Under the pieces are notes generated by a model. The model saw only the letters and a list, made by a program, of their open reading frames with translations, was not told where the DNA came from and ran no database searches. This document shows positions 45,975 through 55,619 of a DNA stretch of 64,000 bases, one piece after another; the first letter of the stretch is position 1, and each line of letters starts with the position of its first letter. Made by a program: the position numbers and the translations under genes. Source of the DNA: Eubacteriales bacterium (GTDB lineage Bacteria; Bacillota; Clostridia; Oscillospirales; CAG-272); NCBI GenBank assembly GCA_045580835.1, contig JAZNOM010000048.1, positions 21,908 to 85,907 of the forward strand, given 5' to 3'.

Positions 45975-48890
45975 ATGAAAAGAATAGTATGTATTTTATT
46001 GGTTCTTTTAACGGTAATATTTAATTCCTGCGGCAAAGAGAATGTCGATAATACAGATAGCGAAAAAGCAGTAAGTACAGCAAAAACTACTGCAGAAACC
46101 GCAACCGTAACCACGCCCTTAACAACCGTGCAAGATGATATAGAAGTGCTTGTAAATGACAGTCAATCTGCTTTGGATATCTATAGTATGATGTACTACA
46201 CGGGAACAAAACAAGAGATGTATATCAGCGATTATCTTGCTAATTACGAGTTGTCCGTAATGAAGTATTCCGTTATCGACCTTGACGGCGATAGCAATTC
46301 GGAAACGGTGTTATGGTTGGCAAAGGGCACATATGAATATTATGGCTTTTTGATACTACACGAAAACGGAGACTCGTTTTATGGGTATGAATTGACGTAC
46401 AGAGCATTTTATGAACTAAAAGAAGACGGAACGTTTAGCTTTTCCGCAGGTGCATCGGATCATGGAATCGGCAAAATTGAGTTTACAAATGATACATACA
46501 GTATAAAAAAGATCGCATATTGCGAATCTGACTGCATGAGTCAAAAAGTATCGTATTATATTGAGAACGAGGCTGTTTCACATGAAGAATTTGAACAGTA
46601 TATAACGGAGCATGACCAAAAGCAGAATACTAAGTGGCATGAAGTTGAAAAAGAGAAGATTGATACGACCGATAGTATAGATGATATAATGGAAACTACC
46701 GAGAAAACCTCAGAGCCTTTTACCGAAACAACCGATGCAACCGAGGCAAAGCCCTCCATATTTCCCGAGGGATTTGTATTCCCAAAGACCGATGGCTCGA
46801 CATCGACCACAAATCTTGATAATGCAATAAGAAACGCCATCCTCGGCGGCGAGCAGAAAGTGTCGCACACAAAAACATACACATCATTCGAAAATCTGTT
46901 AAGCGGAAATTGTGAGCTTATATTCACAACACCGCTTTCCGATGCGCAACTCAAACGTATGGCGGAAGTCGGCTTCAAACATGAAGCCGAGCCCGTGGCA
47001 GGTGAGGGATTTGTATTTGTTGTAAACAAGGATAATCCTGTGGATACGCTCACCGTTGAGCAATTAAAAGGTATCTACTCGGGAGAAATAACAAACTGGA
47101 GCGAGGTCGGCGGTAACGACGCTGAGATAGTAGCATATCAGCGAAACAACGATTCGGGCAGTCAGAACTATATGATTTCCTTTATGGGTGATATACCGCT
47201 GATGAAGCCTGTCACCGATGTAATTCCCGCAACAATGACCGGAATACTCGATGTCGTTGCAAATTACAATAACGGAATAAACGCTATCGGTTACTCCGTA
47301 TACGCATTTTCTGACGGAATGTATGAGAATATTTCCGAGATCAAATACATAAAGGTAAACGGCGTTGAGCCTTCGCTTAAAACTCTTGCTGACGGCAGTT
47401 ATCCTTTACTTGGCTATAATTACGCCGTTTTCTCTGCTGACGAAGCCGAGGATTCTCCCGTTCGTACCCTCGTAAAATGGATACAGTCGGACGAGGGACA
47501 GCAGGTCGTTGCCGATGCGGGATATATTCCTTATCGCAGTGTGGATGGCTTGACATTGCCAGAGGCGACAACGAAAACTTTGTACAGCACTGCAGCCACA
47601 TCGGGCATATCAAAACCCGAAGAAACGGCGGACTACTATTATGTGTGCAGGCGGAATGTCGATAACTTCACTGCGGTGGGACTCTCGGAAAAGGTGCAGA
47701 GCTTTATAGATGAAGCTACAAACGAGCTTTCCAAGGTCGATAAGGAAAAAATGCGTGAATTCATAAAGACTCGTGACATGCTTCCGTACACTCAGGATAT
47801 CATCACCTACAAGGAGCTGATAAACGGTTATCTTTCGGTTACTGTCGGTTTGGTATATTATGACGGTACTCAAGAGGCAAATGAATTTTTCTACGACGTC
47901 CGCACCGCAGTATTTGATATTTACACGGGTGAAAAACTCGAACTGTCTGACCTGTTCTTTGACGGCGTAGATTTTGTTCCGCTGTTGAACAGCACACTTG
48001 CAAAAGAAGCGTCGGCTCCTTATTCTTCTTTCGGTGCGACCTACGATATGATTAGCGATTTTTCGGGGCTTTACAACGGCGATTTTGCATTTACAGCGGA
48101 CAGTATAATTTTCAGTCCAGGAACCTATTTTGCCGACGGCGTTAAACTTTCCATAGCCGACCTTTCCGAATATATGGTCACGAGCATCCCGAGAGATATG
48201 GCAGGCTGTATCGACGACAGCATACCGATCTATAAGGTTATAAGGACGAGAATTTCCGATGACATCGGTTACGCCGAGGTGAAAAACGGTATTACTATTT
48301 GGTACCTTGACAGTGAAAAATCGGGCATTCCTGCAGAGTCGTGTGACAAGGTAAATGCTTTCATTAACCAAATCTATGAGACCTATTTTACCGAAGAAAA
48401 ACTGCTTAAATTTGTAAAAAGCAAGGGTGTAAACGCAGAAACTGTATCGGTAGGACCTTGGCCTGATTTTCGCATTACGGTTGTCGGAAACAGATACGTC
48501 ATGTTAAACGGTGCCAATTTGGTATTCGCCTCGGTCGGGGATAAATACTATGAGTTTTCTGTTATTGAAGAGCATTATAACTCGTACTATTTTTATTACT
48601 ACTTTAATGCTGAAACAGGAGAGAAACTACAGGTCAGCGACTTGTTCGCTGACGGCTGGGAGAATGATGCGGAGTATTTCGCCTTAGATGATGACTTTAG
48701 CGAGACAAACGAAAATGTTATTTCACAAGGTGACTTGACCGATTGCAGCATTGTAAATATCCGAAACTATACCGATCCCTCACACAATAAAGGTGATTTA
48801 AGTGACCTTGAATGGCCTGTTTCGGTATATGCAGTTACAAAAACAGGCGAAAAAGTATTGGTCTGTGTTCTGAGAGAATATATAAAATAG
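45975..48890 (+). CDS. large lipoprotein with a PstS-like (PBP_like_2) substrate-binding domain and DUF3298-like C-terminal repeats
   Basis: Lipobox VIFNSC. DGSTSTTNL...GEGFVFVVNKDNPV..LT.EQLKGIYSGEITNWSEVGG...QRNNDSGSQ resembles phosphate-binding-protein-like domains. Confidence 0.75.
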   Translation: MKRIVCILLVLLTVIFNSCGKENVDNTDSEKAVSTAKTTAETATVTTPLTTVQDDIEVLVNDSQSALDIYSMMYYTGTKQEMYISDYLANYELSVMKYSVIDLDGDSNSETVLWLAKGTYEYYGFLILHENGDSFYGYELTYRAFYELKEDGTFSFSAGASDHGIGKIEFTNDTYSIKKIAYCESDCMSQKVSYYIENEAVSHEEFEQYITEHDQKQNTKWHEVEKEKIDTTDSIDDIMETTEKTSEPFTETTDATEAKPSIFPEGFVFPKTDGSTSTTNLDNAIRNAILGGEQKVSHTKTYTSFENLLSGNCELIFTTPLSDAQLKRMAEVGFKHEAEPVAGEGFVFVVNKDNPVDTLTVEQLKGIYSGEITNWSEVGGNDAEIVAYQRNNDSGSQNYMISFMGDIPLMKPVTDVIPATMTGILDVVANYNNGINAIGYSVYAFSDGMYENISEIKYIKVNGVEPSLKTLADGSYPLLGYNYAVFSADEAEDSPVRTLVKWIQSDEGQQVVADAGYIPYRSVDGLTLPEATTKTLYSTAATSGISKPEETADYYYVCRRNVDNFTAVGLSEKVQSFIDEATNELSKVDKEKMREFIKTRDMLPYTQDIITYKELINGYLSVTVGLVYYDGTQEANEFFYDVRTAVFDIYTGEKLELSDLFFDGVDFVPLLNSTLAKEASAPYSSFGATYDMISDFSGLYNGDFAFTADSIIFSPGTYFADGVKLSIADLSEYMVTSIPRDMAGCIDDSIPIYKVIRTRISDDIGYAEVKNGITIWYLDSEKSGIPAESCDKVNAFINQIYETYFTEEKLLKFVKSKGVNAETVSVGPWPDFRITVVGNRYVMLNGANLVFASVGDKYYEFSVIEEHYNSYYFYYYFNAETGEKLQVSDLFADGWENDAEYFALDDDFSETNENVISQGDLTDCSIVNIRNYTDPSHNKGDLSDLEWPVSVYAVTKTGEKVLVCVLREYIK

Positions 48891-48898
48891 GGAGAAAA

Positions 48899-51559
48899 AT
48901 GAAACAAAAAAAGGTATTATATTTATTTCTGTTGTTAACGCTGTGCGTGGCTTTAGTCTCCTGTAAAGGACAAGCCGAAACCACCGAAAGCATTACAACA
49001 AATGTTAGCGTGACGTCAGCCGAAACAAGTACTTTTGCAGAAAGTACAACCGCAGAAGATTTTGAGATGTTTGAGACTGAATATGTCTGCGATATAACCG
49101 GAGACGGTATTTTAGATACTTGTAAAGTTTCTGTACTTGGCGCTCACGATGAGAAATTCATTGAGGATGTTACAGTATTAGAGGGCGGTGAAAGTCAAAT
49201 CAAAATTGACAGCCCACTATTGTTTGTTAATAATTATGTATTTCGTGCCGAAGACGAAGAAAGGTATAGTATATCATATGGCGGAGAAATACATACCTTT
49301 GAAAAGAGCAGACTTGCAACGCCGCAGGATGAACAATTTAAATTCTTAGAAAGCGGCGATACTGTAGACTATACGGTCATGGACGGAAAACTCGTAGCCT
49401 ATGTTTCAATTGCGTGCAGTCTTTCCGAAATGTGCGGAAAGTGGGAGTTTGTCTATGTATTCAAAGACGGCAAAATGACAATAGACCATGTATATATACA
49501 TAACTATACCACTGGAAAGACCGTAGATTTGGGAGGCACAACACAGAGACTTGAATCTTATAAAAGACGCTACTATTTTAATCAAAATTACAGTGGCTAC
49601 AGTACACTTGAACTGAACGAAGTCAGCGCAGAAGATTTTGCGGCTCTTGATAACAGTTACCATGTATTTACCGAAAGTTATCCTGCTCATCATGGAGGTA
49701 TTCTGTATGATACAGGTGATGAGTATAATTCAAAAATGCTGAAAAACATTAACGAGTACCGCAACATTCTGGAACACTTGCAAGCACATGATGCTGTTAC
49801 TTTGGATGATGTCGAGATAGCAAACGGCAGTGTCTCATACAAGAATATTCAGCTTACCGCGAGGGCTGATACATTAAGTCTGATAATGGAAAGGATCACA
49901 ATGCCGGATGCAGATACTGCGAGAAAATTCCTAAAGGTTGATGCGATGCTTATGCTTTGCGGCATAACAGATCCGATTGCCGAAACCACTTATGACTATG
50001 GAGAAATCATACATACTTTCTATCAGGACTACGGCGATGCAGTCATGACAGAAAGTGCAAAAACTCTTAGATATGTTACCGTGAGATCTAACGAAAATGA
50101 GAGCAAGGTATATATTCAAGGCAAATTGAGTGAAGATAAAAAAGCCGAAGGCTTTTTACACGTAAACAATTATGATATAATTGCAGACCTTAACAGTAAA
50201 AGAGAAAAAGCAGTTACAACGCTGAAGTATGATATCGTTTATTCAGGCGTCGACTATTTTGGGTACAGTATCCCGTGCTATATGATTTATGTTCCAATAG
50301 AAGGAACCGATGATTTTGAATTGTATTTTTACCGTATGCAGATAATGGATATGGATTTTTACGATCTTGAAACGGTGTCATATGCAATAGTAAAGCCGCT
50401 TGAAGATGAGCATTATGCAACCTCGGCAGAGGATTTTTATGCTTCGGATATTACATACAAAGCAGATCTTACGCATGACGGTGTGGAAGATGTATGCGCT
50501 GTTAAGGTTGTCGGACACGGCACCGAGTGCTACGAAGAAGAGCTTATAATAACCGATGGAAAAAGCGGAGAGGTTATAAATGTTTTTTCGCCTGTCACTT
50601 ATGCGAATGAAAATATAGAATTCGAACAGCAGGAAAACGCATATCGTATAAAAACTAACGGTAAAGTATACGAAATGAAAAAAGAAACACTCGACACGCC
50701 GCCTGAAAACCTTTGCGATATTGGTTATGGCAGCATAGTCGACTATACGGTAATTGAAAACAGGCTGTTTTGTCGAATGGGAATTATGTGCGGCATTGTC
50801 GAGGTGTGCGGCGAGATAGTTTATGAGTATTCGTACAAAGATGGCAAGATGACTATTGCCGGCGTTGAGTTGAAAGATTGGCGAACAGGTAGCATAGTCG
50901 ATTTTGGAGCAAGCGAAGCTGGTAGTCTTTTCGATATTCCTGTTTCTGAGTTACAGTCAAGAATGGAAAGATATGAATTTGCAGATCGCTTGCCTGAAGA
51001 GCCGTATACAATAAATGTAACAGGACTTTCTGTACCCGTGACACTATATATGAGCCTTGACTGTGTAACCGCTATCGAGGCTTACGGTCATAGAGTTGCT
51101 CTTGAAAAGCCGAGAGATATTTACGGTAATTGCAATTTTGATTTGTTTGAATACGGCGGAGCTATTATAATTGAGGGCGGATATTACGGTATCGGCGAGG
51201 TGCATATTCTCACTGCAGATGGGACAAGCACCGTACAGCACAAAGACAATGCATCATATTATCTGCATATCAATGACAGCGGCGAGCTTTATTATAAGCT
51301 TTTGCATAATGGTATTGCTGGCATATCGCAGACAGGCGGACTCACGGTAGCAACAAGCTATGATGAGTTCCTTTCTGCCGAGGGATATGCAAGCATCGAT
51401 GGTTGTAATGTTGTATTTAATGAGGCTTACGAAAGTTATGTAATCTCGGACAAATATGACCTTGATAAAGAGTTTGAGTTGAATTACAAGCAGGACTATG
51501 CAAGCATTGAGGAAAAATTTGCAGAAAATGTGGAGAGATATAACTATAAGGAGAAATGA
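48899..51559 (+). CDS. large lipoprotein with an internal ~150-aa domain duplication
   Basis: Lipobox VALVSC. The ATG at 48899 follows GGGAGA. Residues around DITGDGILDTCKVSV...KDGKMTIDHVYIHNYTTGKTVDLG recur as DLTHDGVEDVCAVKV...KDGKMTIAGVELKDWRTGSIVDFG. Confidence 0.75.
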   Translation: MKQKKVLYLFLLLTLCVALVSCKGQAETTESITTNVSVTSAETSTFAESTTAEDFEMFETEYVCDITGDGILDTCKVSVLGAHDEKFIEDVTVLEGGESQIKIDSPLLFVNNYVFRAEDEERYSISYGGEIHTFEKSRLATPQDEQFKFLESGDTVDYTVMDGKLVAYVSIACSLSEMCGKWEFVYVFKDGKMTIDHVYIHNYTTGKTVDLGGTTQRLESYKRRYYFNQNYSGYSTLELNEVSAEDFAALDNSYHVFTESYPAHHGGILYDTGDEYNSKMLKNINEYRNILEHLQAHDAVTLDDVEIANGSVSYKNIQLTARADTLSLIMERITMPDADTARKFLKVDAMLMLCGITDPIAETTYDYGEIIHTFYQDYGDAVMTESAKTLRYVTVRSNENESKVYIQGKLSEDKKAEGFLHVNNYDIIADLNSKREKAVTTLKYDIVYSGVDYFGYSIPCYMIYVPIEGTDDFELYFYRMQIMDMDFYDLETVSYAIVKPLEDEHYATSAEDFYASDITYKADLTHDGVEDVCAVKVVGHGTECYEEELIITDGKSGEVINVFSPVTYANENIEFEQQENAYRIKTNGKVYEMKKETLDTPPENLCDIGYGSIVDYTVIENRLFCRMGIMCGIVEVCGEIVYEYSYKDGKMTIAGVELKDWRTGSIVDFGASEAGSLFDIPVSELQSRMERYEFADRLPEEPYTINVTGLSVPVTLYMSLDCVTAIEAYGHRVALEKPRDIYGNCNFDLFEYGGAIIIEGGYYGIGEVHILTADGTSTVQHKDNASYYLHINDSGELYYKLLHNGIAGISQTGGLTVATSYDEFLSAEGYASIDGCNVVFNEAYESYVISDKYDLDKEFELNYKQDYASIEEKFAENVERYNYKEK

Positions 51560-51610
51560 GTTTCTATCATTGCACTTACTAAAGCGTTCAAATATATGCG
51601 AGGATTCGAT

Positions 51611-51826
51611 ATGATTACCATTTTTAATAGAAAGCGACTTATAACTACTTACGATTTAACAGTACAAGCAAAAGTGCGCGCAGCATTAGCGGTAAACAAT
51701 GTAGATTATTATGTACATCCATTTATATTTTCAGCACGACCGAATACGCAACCTGAGTTTAAGGTTTATGTAAAGAAGAAAGATTACGACAAGGCAAAAT
51801 ATCTTATAGGAGATATTTTTAGATAA
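51611..51826 (+). CDS. small hypothetical protein
   Basis: 71 aa. The ATG at 51611 is 5 nt after GAGGA. No family recognised with confidence. Confidence 0.45.
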   Translation: MITIFNRKRLITTYDLTVQAKVRAALAVNNVDYYVHPFIFSARPNTQPEFKVYVKKKDYDKAKYLIGDIFR

Positions 51827-51917
51827 TCAACTACATTAAGTAGAGGTACGTATATTTATGATGTCTCAACTTCGAGCGTAGCACTAGTGATTTATAATAG
51901 CATCAATGTGGTATAAG

Positions 51918-51951
51918 AATCATAACCACTGGCACGGCCGGTGGTTATGAT
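51918..51951. terminator. hairpin between convergent genes
   Basis: atcataaccac tggcacggccg gtggttatgat, an 11-bp stem. Confidence 0.55.
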
Positions 51952-51976
51952 TTAGAGGTTAGATGAGAAAAATGTG

Positions 51977-53692
51977 TCATCCATTGAAATTAGTGGTGTG
52001 CGTACTAAATAGTTTCAGTATTTTAGGGAAATTAATTGACTTCATAAAATGTTCATAATTGTGGGAATCATACCTAGCGATTTTAAAAAGAGGAAGCCAC
52101 CACTTTGAATACATGATTTCCGATTGCCAATGGGTTGATCCTGTTTCCTTAATATAATGATCTTTGATTGAGCAGAATAAATCTTTATTCATGTTTTTAC
52201 CCGGTCGAACCATAGATGCTGCTATTAATGGATTGTATTGTTTTATCTTGAATTCGGAAATCATATGAGTTTTTTGCGTATCGGAAGAATGTTTGAATAG
52301 TATATAATAATACCAAATTTGCAAAAGTGTATCGGGATATTCGGTGTCTATCTTTTGCTGTTTATGCAACAAGGCGTTAAGAAGTGGATCTTTGTCAAAA
52401 GCTATGTTTAATAGAGTATCTAAAAGTCTGTACACATGACTTGACAATGAAACGTCTTCAAATCCTAGTTTTAATAAAAAGTAAAAAAGTTCATCAAATA
52501 TATCTTCGGGCGATAATTTTTCTGCTTCAATCTTTTTTTGCATTAGGCTGAGTAACGCACGTAGTTGTGAGGTACGGCTTTCACGAAGGCATTGACTAAT
52601 ATACTTTTTTAATGCAAAAAAGTCATCGAGATGCAGATTTTGAGTTTCTTCTGATAATTTTAGTTTAGGAAATTCGTGCTCTAACTCAGAGAGGTACGAG
52701 TGTTGAGCTGAATACACTGCGTGGCTTGTTTCGGTTTTGTTCCCATTTATACGAAGGCGATATTGGTTTAAAATCGATTGTATAGCGGGGTAGAGTGCAG
52801 TTAGTTCGCTCTCTGAATCGCTGAAAAAAGTAAGATCATCTACATAACGAACGTATCCGACAGGATGAGTTGTCCTCGAAAGAAGATTGCGAATTTCTTC
52901 GTCTACAGAAAGCATGCAGAGTTCTGCTGCTACATGTGAAGAAAAAGTGCCTGCTGGAATTCCTTTAGTTTGGTTATTATTTATACGTTGATGAAAAAGA
53001 TCAAGAAAACGGAAATAACGAGAATCTGCGTTAAAAGAGGTAAAGGGAGCTTTGTTTGCGATTTTTTCAAAATTATGTGTATAAAGATTAGGAAAAAAAG
53101 ATTCGACATCTAGTTTTAGCGTATATAGGTAGTCCGCTTCTGCTGCTAATAATCTTTTTTTGTTTTCGTTTAAAACGGAGGAACTGTTAATTTTATTGTT
53201 TTTAGTAGTAAAAGTTCCTGCTAAAACCCAGTCTTCCTCTTCATCATATGAGTGAAGAAGAAACGCCTCTTCAAATACTAGGTATGAATTAGAGTTTTTA
53301 ACTATATGCTCGTTGGCGGGATTAATATAGAGTTCTTCAAAAATTGAAGAAAATTCAAATAGTGTATTGTACATGAAAGATATGTAGTGAACAAGATGTG
53401 GAATTTGCATTTCCCGAAGGCTTTTGTTTTTCTTAAAATCAAAAAAACTAACAGCCTCTACGCCTGGACGGCGGATATGTATGGGAGAGACGATGCATTT
53501 GTAGTTAGTAATAAAGCCGTCAGGATCTTGTTCGTATTCTTGAGCATTTTGTGTATTGATTTCGTCAAATATGCTATCTATGTCAAGGATTAATTCGTTT
53601 ATATCTAGTATGTTTGGAAGCTCGGTGTACCACAGACCTGTAAGTAATAGTTCGGCATTTTTACGATAATTTTCAAAATTTAAATCAATCAT
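51977..53692 (-). CDS. standalone reverse transcriptase, Abi/DRT (defence-associated) type with an alpha-helical C-terminal domain
   Basis: RT motifs LDVESFFPNLYTH, GIPAGTFSSHVAAELCM, YVRYVDDLTFF (YxDD), LRINGNKTE. No maturase, endonuclease or intron features. The ATG at 53692 is 4 nt after GGAGGG. Confidence 0.88.
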   Translation of the reverse strand: MIDLNFENYRKNAELLLTGLWYTELPNILDINELILDIDSIFDEINTQNAQEYEQDPDGFITNYKCIVSPIHIRRPGVEAVSFFDFKKNKSLREMQIPHLVHYISFMYNTLFEFSSIFEELYINPANEHIVKNSNSYLVFEEAFLLHSYDEEEDWVLAGTFTTKNNKINSSSVLNENKKRLLAAEADYLYTLKLDVESFFPNLYTHNFEKIANKAPFTSFNADSRYFRFLDLFHQRINNNQTKGIPAGTFSSHVAAELCMLSVDEEIRNLLSRTTHPVGYVRYVDDLTFFSDSESELTALYPAIQSILNQYRLRINGNKTETSHAVYSAQHSYLSELEHEFPKLKLSEETQNLHLDDFFALKKYISQCLRESRTSQLRALLSLMQKKIEAEKLSPEDIFDELFYFLLKLGFEDVSLSSHVYRLLDTLLNIAFDKDPLLNALLHKQQKIDTEYPDTLLQIWYYYILFKHSSDTQKTHMISEFKIKQYNPLIAASMVRPGKNMNKDLFCSIKDHYIKETGSTHWQSEIMYSKWWLPLFKIARYDSHNYEHFMKSINFPKILKLFSTHTTNFNG

Positions 53693-53748
53693 ACTGCCCT
53701 CCATAATTTGCATTAAATCATTTGCCACGAATGTATACTTATGATATC

Positions 53749-53777
53749 AGTATACTCGTAGTTGGAAGTTAAATCAA
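53749..53777 (-). promoter_or_regulatory. sigma-A promoter for the RT gene
   Basis: Minus strand TTGATT, 17 nt, TATACT. The palindrome TGATATCA and two GTATAC sites overlap the -10/+1 region. Confidence 0.55.
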
Positions 53778-54120
53778 GATTTTCATTTGCATAATATATG
53801 GCGTAAGGGATCGAAATGTTATATTTGCCTAAAAATTTTCAGGCGTTTTGTCCTAGCTTTCTTTAATATTTGTTTTTGAGATTTGAAATTTCCGCTAAAA
53901 TGGCGGAGCCTTTAATGAAATAGCCCAAATTTTTATCGAGGCTATTTCTATGTGGTTAGATTTATGGTAACTGTAACATTATCAATAAAGATGTCTTCAT
54001 AACATATTTCAAACAGTCTTCCTTTGAGTTATTTAATGGTTATGCGTCTGAGTTGTTTGAATACAACTTGAGATCGCAAATATTTATATATTTGAGGAAA
54101 ATAACACTAATTGTACAATC

Positions 54121-54196
54121 TTAAGGCAGGAGTACTCAGCGCTATTTTTGCTCTATTTTGTAGAGCGGATTTAATAGGCGAATACTCCTGCCTTAA
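54121..54196. repeat. 76-bp imperfect palindrome with perfect 14-bp arms
   Basis: ttaaggcaggagta ... tactcctgccttaa, with inner pairs cgctatt/aataggcg and gctcta/tagagc. The GGCAGG(A/C)G core recurs at 54275..54282, 54324..54331, 54474..54481 and, in reverse, at 57202..57209. Confidence 0.8.
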
Positions 54197-54641
54197 TAGC
54201 ATTAAAAGCCTTATAAACGAAAGGATTTGAGACACATCGCCACTCTTACTTTTTGCATGACTGCACCCTAGTGTGGAGGCAGGAGTATTCATAGGAAAAC
54301 ACCTTCAAAAATGCGTAGTTAAGGCAGGCGAAGACATTAAAACTTTAAGGAAAATATTTTTTTGTGAATTTTTCTTTTTTCGCCACCCTAAAATGTCTGC
54401 GAAACCTTATAAAACATAGCGTTTTCGGACTATAAAAATTTAAGAATCGAAATCTTTTTCAGCCTAGTGTAGAGGCAGGCGAATTTGTTATGAAAAAGTG
54501 GATTTCTAAAATTTGCAGTAATAAACATAACACAGAATTCAAAACAGAGTGTTCACACACTTTGCAGAAATGAACCTAGGGGAATTTGTTGCAGGTATAT
54601 CAAGGCGAGGAAGATAAAAAGATGGAATAGTGTAGAGAGAG

Positions 54642-54684
54642 GAGTAACCCCCGAAAAACGCTTTGTGTTTTTCGGGGGTTACTC
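54642..54684. other. perfect 18-bp stem-loop (terminator-like, no clear U-tract)
   Basis: gagtaacccccgaaaaac gctttgt gtttttcgggggttactc. Confidence 0.6.
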
Positions 54685-54906
54685 TTGTAGGAACGAACAG
54701 GAAGAAGTTTTATCAGAGGGATCCCTTGCAGGAAAAATTCTGTGGAGGAATTGTTGTGTCAACCATACAGTTAGAAAGCGTGAGTGCTTTCTTTTTTTAT
54801 AGAGTTTCGTAGATTTTTGGAGAGACAGGGGAGAAATTACCTTGCAATTAATACTAATAGGAAACGAGAAATACATTTGTGTCAAATATATTTTGTGGAG
54901 GAATAA

Positions 54907-54935
54907 TTGCACGAATTGCTAAAACATGCTATAAT
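54907..54935 (+). promoter_or_regulatory. sigma-A promoter of the phosphatase/NUDIX/AbiH block
   Basis: TTGCAC, 17 nt, TATAAT. Confidence 0.65.
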
Positions 54936-54968
54936 TTTATTATAAAGTTATGGAAGTAGGTGTATTGC

Positions 54969-55571
54969 ATGAGATTATTAGTAATTCGTCACGGCGAGTC
55001 CGAAGCCGATTTATTAGATGTACACGAGGGACGAGCGGACTTTCAATTAACAGAAAGAGGACATAGGCAAGCCGAAGCTATGGCAAAATATGTCCGTGAT
55101 ACCTATAAAGTATCTGCTATTTATTGTAGTACTCTCAAGCGTGCATACCAAACTGCTGAACATTTATCTTATGAGTGTAGCATACCGCTTACACCCGATA
55201 AGAAACTCATGGAATTTAACAATGGACTTCTTGCCGGATTGGAAAGAAAAGTTGTGGAGGAGAAGTATCCTGAAGTGCGGGAGCTTCCTATACATGCTGC
55301 CGTTTATGAACAAGAATCTGTACTCGAATTTAGATATAGGGCTGAATATATACTTTCTAAAATAATTTCAGAAAATAACTCTGATGCGACCGTTGCTATC
55401 GTAACACACGGCGGCATGGTTAATCAGTTATACAGGTCATTTCTGAAGTTGTCAGTAGATTGCAATGTATTTTTTAATACAGGTGATACCGGCATACACG
55501 AATGGGTTTGTGCGAAAGATTATCGTTGTGTTGTTAAATCAAATTATACTGCACATACAGAAGGAATATAA
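54969..55571 (+). CDS. histidine phosphatase (phosphoglycerate mutase) family protein
   Basis: LLVIRHGESEAD (RHG catalytic motif), TERGHRQA, VTHGG. Confidence 0.85.
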   Translation: MRLLVIRHGESEADLLDVHEGRADFQLTERGHRQAEAMAKYVRDTYKVSAIYCSTLKRAYQTAEHLSYECSIPLTPDKKLMEFNNGLLAGLERKVVEEKYPEVRELPIHAAVYEQESVLEFRYRAEYILSKIISENNSDATVAIVTHGGMVNQLYRSFLKLSVDCNVFFNTGDTGIHEWVCAKDYRCVVKSNYTAHTEGI

Positions 55572-55619
55572 AAAACGAACAGGGACTGGCGATTTACTAA
55601 AGAAGAGTACTCTTGCGGA

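Noticed and set aside
47610-48371. 253-aa minus-strand ORF (similar antisense ORFs occur at 392..988, 1040..1741, 3937..4632, 23158..23652 and 24674..25138)
   Set aside because: All lie inside much longer, motif-supported ORFs on the opposite strand. They are shadow ORFs typical of this composition.
54121-54196. The 76-bp imperfect palindrome could be an integron attC site or the block a gene cassette
   Set aside because: The arms end in TTAAGG/CCTTAA rather than RYYYAAC/GTTRRRY core sites. There is also no IntI-type integrase or attI in the window.
54107-54912. Small ORFs in the RT-adjacent region (54107..54292 minus, 54679..54912 minus, and a 27-codon plus ORF at 54490)
   Set aside because: None has a properly spaced Shine-Dalgarno. 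They run through palindromes and repeats. I treated the region as non-coding.
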